From contig MU054026.1 of the NCBI GenBank assembly GCA_013239625.1, positions 620,001 through 684,000 on the forward strand: a stretch of DNA of 64,000 nt. Reading direction: 5' to 3'. The translations under genes and the position numbers were made by a program. Under the pieces are notes generated by a model that saw nothing but the letters and a program-made list of their open reading frames with translations, was not told where the DNA came from and searched no databases. This stretch comes from Lama guanicoe (lineage: Eukaryota). Shown piece by piece: positions 62,471 to 64,000 of the stretch (positions are counted from its first letter, which is position 1; each line of letters starts with the position of its first letter).

Positions 62471-63379
62471 GTAGGAAAAACACAGAGAGAAACATACTGC
62501 TACTCCACGCCACCTACCTGCTGTTGACGCTGCCAATTTGAGATTGCTAGAAAGAGCTGGGCTGCTATTATCTCTACACAGCTAAGTAGAATAGAAGATT
62601 GTCCTCAAAGATGGCTAGTTTTTGTGTTACTGGCCCAAATGCTTATCCCAGTGAAAGGAAGTAGGGGTGCTTTGGCATTTTTTGCTCCGGTAGCCAAGTT
62701 AGAAAAAAAATAGAAATAATAGTAAAGACTAAGTTGCCCAGGACATGTAGGGAGTGGACAATTTCATCAATTATAGTTCACGGGGAATCAAGAATGTAAA
62801 CCAGATTAACACATTTTTGTCAGACTTTCTTGTGGAGAATTGTCTTTGTGTCCACATTTGTTTTATGTCTCAGTTAGAAGAGCCTATTGAATGGGATTGA
62901 TTTTGTCTCTGCAGACGGGGTATCTTAAAGAGCCTTGGCGACATCTTAATGGCCATGAATTTTCTGTGTTCTGTACTAAAGATAGAGACAGAAAATGAGA
63001 AGCTCACACTGAATATATAATGACTTGAGGGTTTGCACCGGATTTATAAAGCGAAATTGCTCCATTTGGTTTTCTTGCCTTCTGCTTCTTTCTCTTAACA
63101 CACTGATTGGAAGAAAATACTAAATTTGTTATTATTGCAATTCTAATTAATTGAGGCTTTCACCATCATTTGCTAATAATTGTGCCTTCCTGAGGTGGGC
63201 AGTAGACAGGAAAAACAGAGATGAAAATAATAAAAATCACACAAGATTACTCAAAATTGACATTTTATCATAACTTACTGAAGTCCACTTTATTAAGTAA
63301 AAGCAACAAGGTCTGAACTTATCTAGGCACTGACATAAGTGTCTTGACCAAAGAAGTATATTGTTAACAAAATAATAAG

Positions 63380-63560
63380 TGATTTGAAGTCCAAAGGCCG
63401 GAGTCCAAATTCCAGATTAAGTGTGACATTGATCATGATGATAACTTTTTTTGTGAACCAGTTTCTTCAGCCTCAAAAGAGGAAATAGTAATACTGCTAT
63501 GTATCTTTAAGATTATTGTGATGATCAAATTAGAAGATGTTCATAAAATTGCTGTGTGAC
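63380..63560 (+). mobile_element. MIR SINE
   Basis: gtgtgacattg...ccagtttcttcagcc...gattattgtgatgatcaaattaga. Confidence 0.55.
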
Positions 63561-64000
63561 CTGTGAAACCTACGACAACAGGAGATACCATTATCTGAGT
63601 ATGAAGTGAAAAGAATCATGGAATGCAAGAGGAGATGGGATGGGATGGGGTTGGGGCACCACCATATCCTTTCTGTGCTCATTTGACTGATCACATGTAC
63701 AGAGGTGAGATGATATATTTTTAGTAATTAGTGAGCTACTTAAAGTCTCCCTGAACTGTTGGAAAAGAAGCAGCTGGGCTCATCTTCCCAACTTTTATCC
63801 TAATTGCCTTGGTTGTAATAAAGAAATGGAAACTCACCAGTTTAAGGGTTATATCCGATGAGGGACACATTATCTTTAGGTTATCTGATTAAGCATAATT
63901 TGGGTGAGAAAAACTATCCATCAGTGACTTGTTCCAAGGGCTGAGGGAAGCCCCTTGGTTATGCTTGAAACAGCCTGAAACAGATGAAGATCTGAGCTGT

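Overview
Mammalian non-coding DNA (intergenic or deep intronic), most likely camelid: it carries tRNA-derived SINEs of the Vic-1 type and young camelid-like L1 3' ends, and I saw no Bov-A/BovB, PRE-1 or Alu. I found no intact protein-coding gene; the supplied ORFs are repeat-derived or chance. A large part of the window is a layered fossil record of transposons: L1 of several ages, L2, CR1/L3, MIR, MLT1/ERVL/ERV1 solo LTRs, and hAT and Tigger MITEs. The main find is a ~1.4 kb non-repeat segment on the minus strand (about 24369-25772) that the ORF track misses. Translated across stops and frameshifts, it gives a collinear series of bornavirus nucleoprotein-like motifs, so it is a candidate decayed endogenous bornavirus-like N element (EBLN), possibly with a remnant gene-junction signal. 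The reference sequences for that comparison were recalled from memory and it needs a real search. Other notable items: a TSD-flanked 229-bp mRNA 3'UTR retrocopy, L1 3' transductions, a twin-priming-like L1 inversion, an orphan CpG-rich L1 5'UTR pointing towards the EBLN, and a candidate minus-strand exon. Repeat family names come from recalled consensus similarity, and boundaries are approximate unless a TSD is quoted.
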